A DNA stretch of 64,000 bases from Macrostomum lignano. Its lineage: Eukaryota. The position numbers and the translations under genes are program-made. Position 1 is the first letter of the stretch. Each line of letters begins with the position of its first letter. Positions 60,575 to 64,000 of this stretch are shown here, piece by piece. The stretch is taken from assembly GCA_002269645.1 (NCBI GenBank), contig NIVC01002255.1, positions 125,510-189,509 of the forward strand. The letters run 5' to 3'. The notes under the pieces are model-generated. The model ran no database searches. It saw only the letters and a list, made by a program, of their open reading frames with translations, and was not told where the DNA came from.

Positions 60575-60870
60575 AGGAGTTGGATATAAACATGAGATGA
60601 GGAGTTGCATACAGCATGGGACGAGGAGGCGGATAGAGCATGGCATGAGGAGTTGCATAGAGCATAAGATGAGGAGGTAGATATGCATGAGATGAGGAGT
60701 TGCATAGACCATAAGATCAGGAGTTGGATGGAGCATGAGATCAGGAGTTGCATATAGCATGAGGAGATGAGGAGGTATATAGAGCATGAGATAAGAAGTT
60801 CGATAGAGCATGAGATCAGGAGGTGGATAGAGCATGGGATGAAGTGCGATAAGGAGGTGGATAGTGAGTG
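60575..60870. repeat. Degenerate tandem repeat (GATGAGGAGTTGCATAGAGCATGA-like)
   Basis: Recurrent ~24-29-bp motif with substitutions and indels. Confidence 0.8.
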
Positions 60871-61149
60871 AGATCAGGTGGTTGATAGGTCCAAATAGCT
60901 GTATGCCATCAGTCATCAGAACGCAGTGTCCAGTAATTAGCTGAAATTGGCGTTCCAACTACGTGCACGCTCGTAACAGTTGCATTTTTCACCGTATGAG
61001 ACTACAAGACTACGAATTATTCTACAATTTTCTTTCGGCATTCCCTACTAATTGTCTAATAATTGTCTGTCTGTAGCGACTGTTGATTATAAGATTCAGC
61101 ATTGATTAGCTGGTTAGATAAGATCTTAACTTTTATGGATAATAATTCA

Positions 61150-61630
61150 GCTTTCACGGAGTGAGATTCAGCCTTGATGGAGTGAGATTCAGCCTTGATG
61201 GAGTGAGATTCAGCTTTCACGAAGTGAGATTCAGCCTTGATGGAGTGAGATTCAGCTTTCACGCTGTGAGATTCAGCCTTGATGGAGTGAGATTCAGCTT
61301 TCACGAAGTGAGATTCAGCCTTGATGGAGTGAGATTCAGCCTTGATGGAGTGAGATTCAGCTTTCATGGAGTGAGATTCAGCTTTCACGGAGTGAGATTC
61401 AGCCTTGATGGAGTGAGATTCAGCTTTCATGGAGTGAGATTCAGCTTTCACGGAGTGAGATTCAGCTTTTATGGAGTGATATTCAGCTTTCACAGAGTGA
61501 GATTCAGCTTTCACGGAGTGAGATTCAGCTTTCACGGAGTGAGATTCAGCCTTAATGGAGTGAGACTCAGCTTTCACGGAGTGAGACTCAGCTTTCACGG
61601 AGTGGGATTCAGCCTTGATGGAGTGAGAAT
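61150..61630. repeat. 21-bp minisatellite with two interspersed variants (~23 copies)
   Basis: GGAGTGAGATTCAG followed by either CTTTCAC or CCTTGAT. Confidence 0.95.
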
Positions 61631-62635
61631 GGAGTGTTAGTTATCAAAGCGAAGAAAAACGCTCTGCCAAGTAATGGCGCTTTGCAACGCGCTGCTCAGA
61701 ACTGCAGGTAGGCAGATGTTGATGAGCCGCCACTCTCTGCAATTTTGGGGCTCAGCTGTGCCGGTGACTGTAATTGTCGCGAAAATCTCTTGTGACCCTG
61801 ACAAGTCTTTGTTGGCAAGTCATATTTTATAAAAATGTGTTGTAGGAATAACAGATTCCATTCGAATGAAAACGGATTTCGTGCTTATAGTACATAGCTA
61901 ATACTTTAAGTAAAATTTTCACATCAAACAAACTCGGAGACTCTTTAAGACGAGAAAATCGAAGCAAAGTAAAAAATTGATAAAAAAAGGTGCAGCAAAC
62001 TGAGTTACTGAGGGAAGGAGCCGGTTCTGTTATATAGAAAAAATGAAGGTTGCGTACATCGAAGGCAGAAAAACGATTGCGAAAAGACAAATTTGATCAA
62101 ACGACAAAGTCGCGACAACCAAATACGCTCGTAACAAAATCGATATTCTATGAAACTGCTGTGCTGAAGCCATGAGAAAAATAAAGGGCTGTGCTTTGAG
62201 AGTGCGTCAGAATTAAAAGCCAGAATTTTGTGGACCTCGCAAATTTACTGTACTCGTACGAAATGTGCACTGGCTTCATCTGAAAAAATGGTCGAATACT
62301 TGGAAACACAAACTTCGCCAAACGTGAACCTGTGAGGTGACCTGTTAAGTAACAAAACTGCTGTGTAGTGGAATAAATAAAACGCATGATACTACAACAC
62401 CGAGCGAAAGTGAAACCGGTGAGCCTATTGGAACGCAACAGAGTTAGTTGTTTCAATTGCAACACACCAGTCAGCCTTCTTTGCCTCTGACGCATATTCG
62501 ATGATTTCAAAATGGCTACCTCTAAATGCTGCTGCACTCGCCGCTGCTGTTTCGGCTGCTTCCGATGGCGCCCATCTGCTGCTGGTGCTGCTGATGTTGC
62601 TGCTGCTGCTGCTGGTGCAGCCCCAGGCCCAGCAG

Positions 62636-63947
<1,312 letters not shown>

Positions 63948-64000
63948 CTGTAGAAGTCGCCAACTGCTGTGGGTCGTCTTTGAAAATCTTCCTGCTCCTG

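Noticed and set aside
1-61630. Repeat unit lengths near multiples of the helical turn (21, 31, 42 bp)
   Set aside because: Too few arrays, and the 15- and 47-bp units do not fit; no statistical support.

Overview
Eukaryotic (animal) genomic DNA with GT-AG introns, many tandem repeats and nested transposon debris. The style suggests a free-living flatworm such as Macrostomum, but that is inference only. From left to right: (1) a decayed Polinton/Maverick (adintovirus-like) capsid module fused to a Ty3/Gypsy gag-pro remnant; (2) a convergent, inverted pair of intronless Ig-domain surface-protein genes that are nearly identical over ~2.2 kb but have different signal peptides and different membrane anchors (single-pass TM with a tail, versus a GPI-like or short hydrophobic tail); (3) a ~2.8-kb foldback element whose arms contain 151-bp tandem units; (4) a tandem array of three 3-exon ABCA transporter genes whose nucleotide-binding domains are homogenised while the membrane domains are highly diverged, with a chimeric middle copy; (5) nested Gypsy/TIR/MITE/SINE debris; (6) a small gene cluster (orphan 4-TM protein, RPB10/POLR2L, a 4-exon DEG/ENaC channel, a small type I membrane ORF); and (7) an HMX/NK5 homeobox gene. 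Several genes carry isolated 1-bp frame disruptions, which may be consensus errors rather than real pseudogenisation. All alignments and splice models were made by eye, and no database searches were run.
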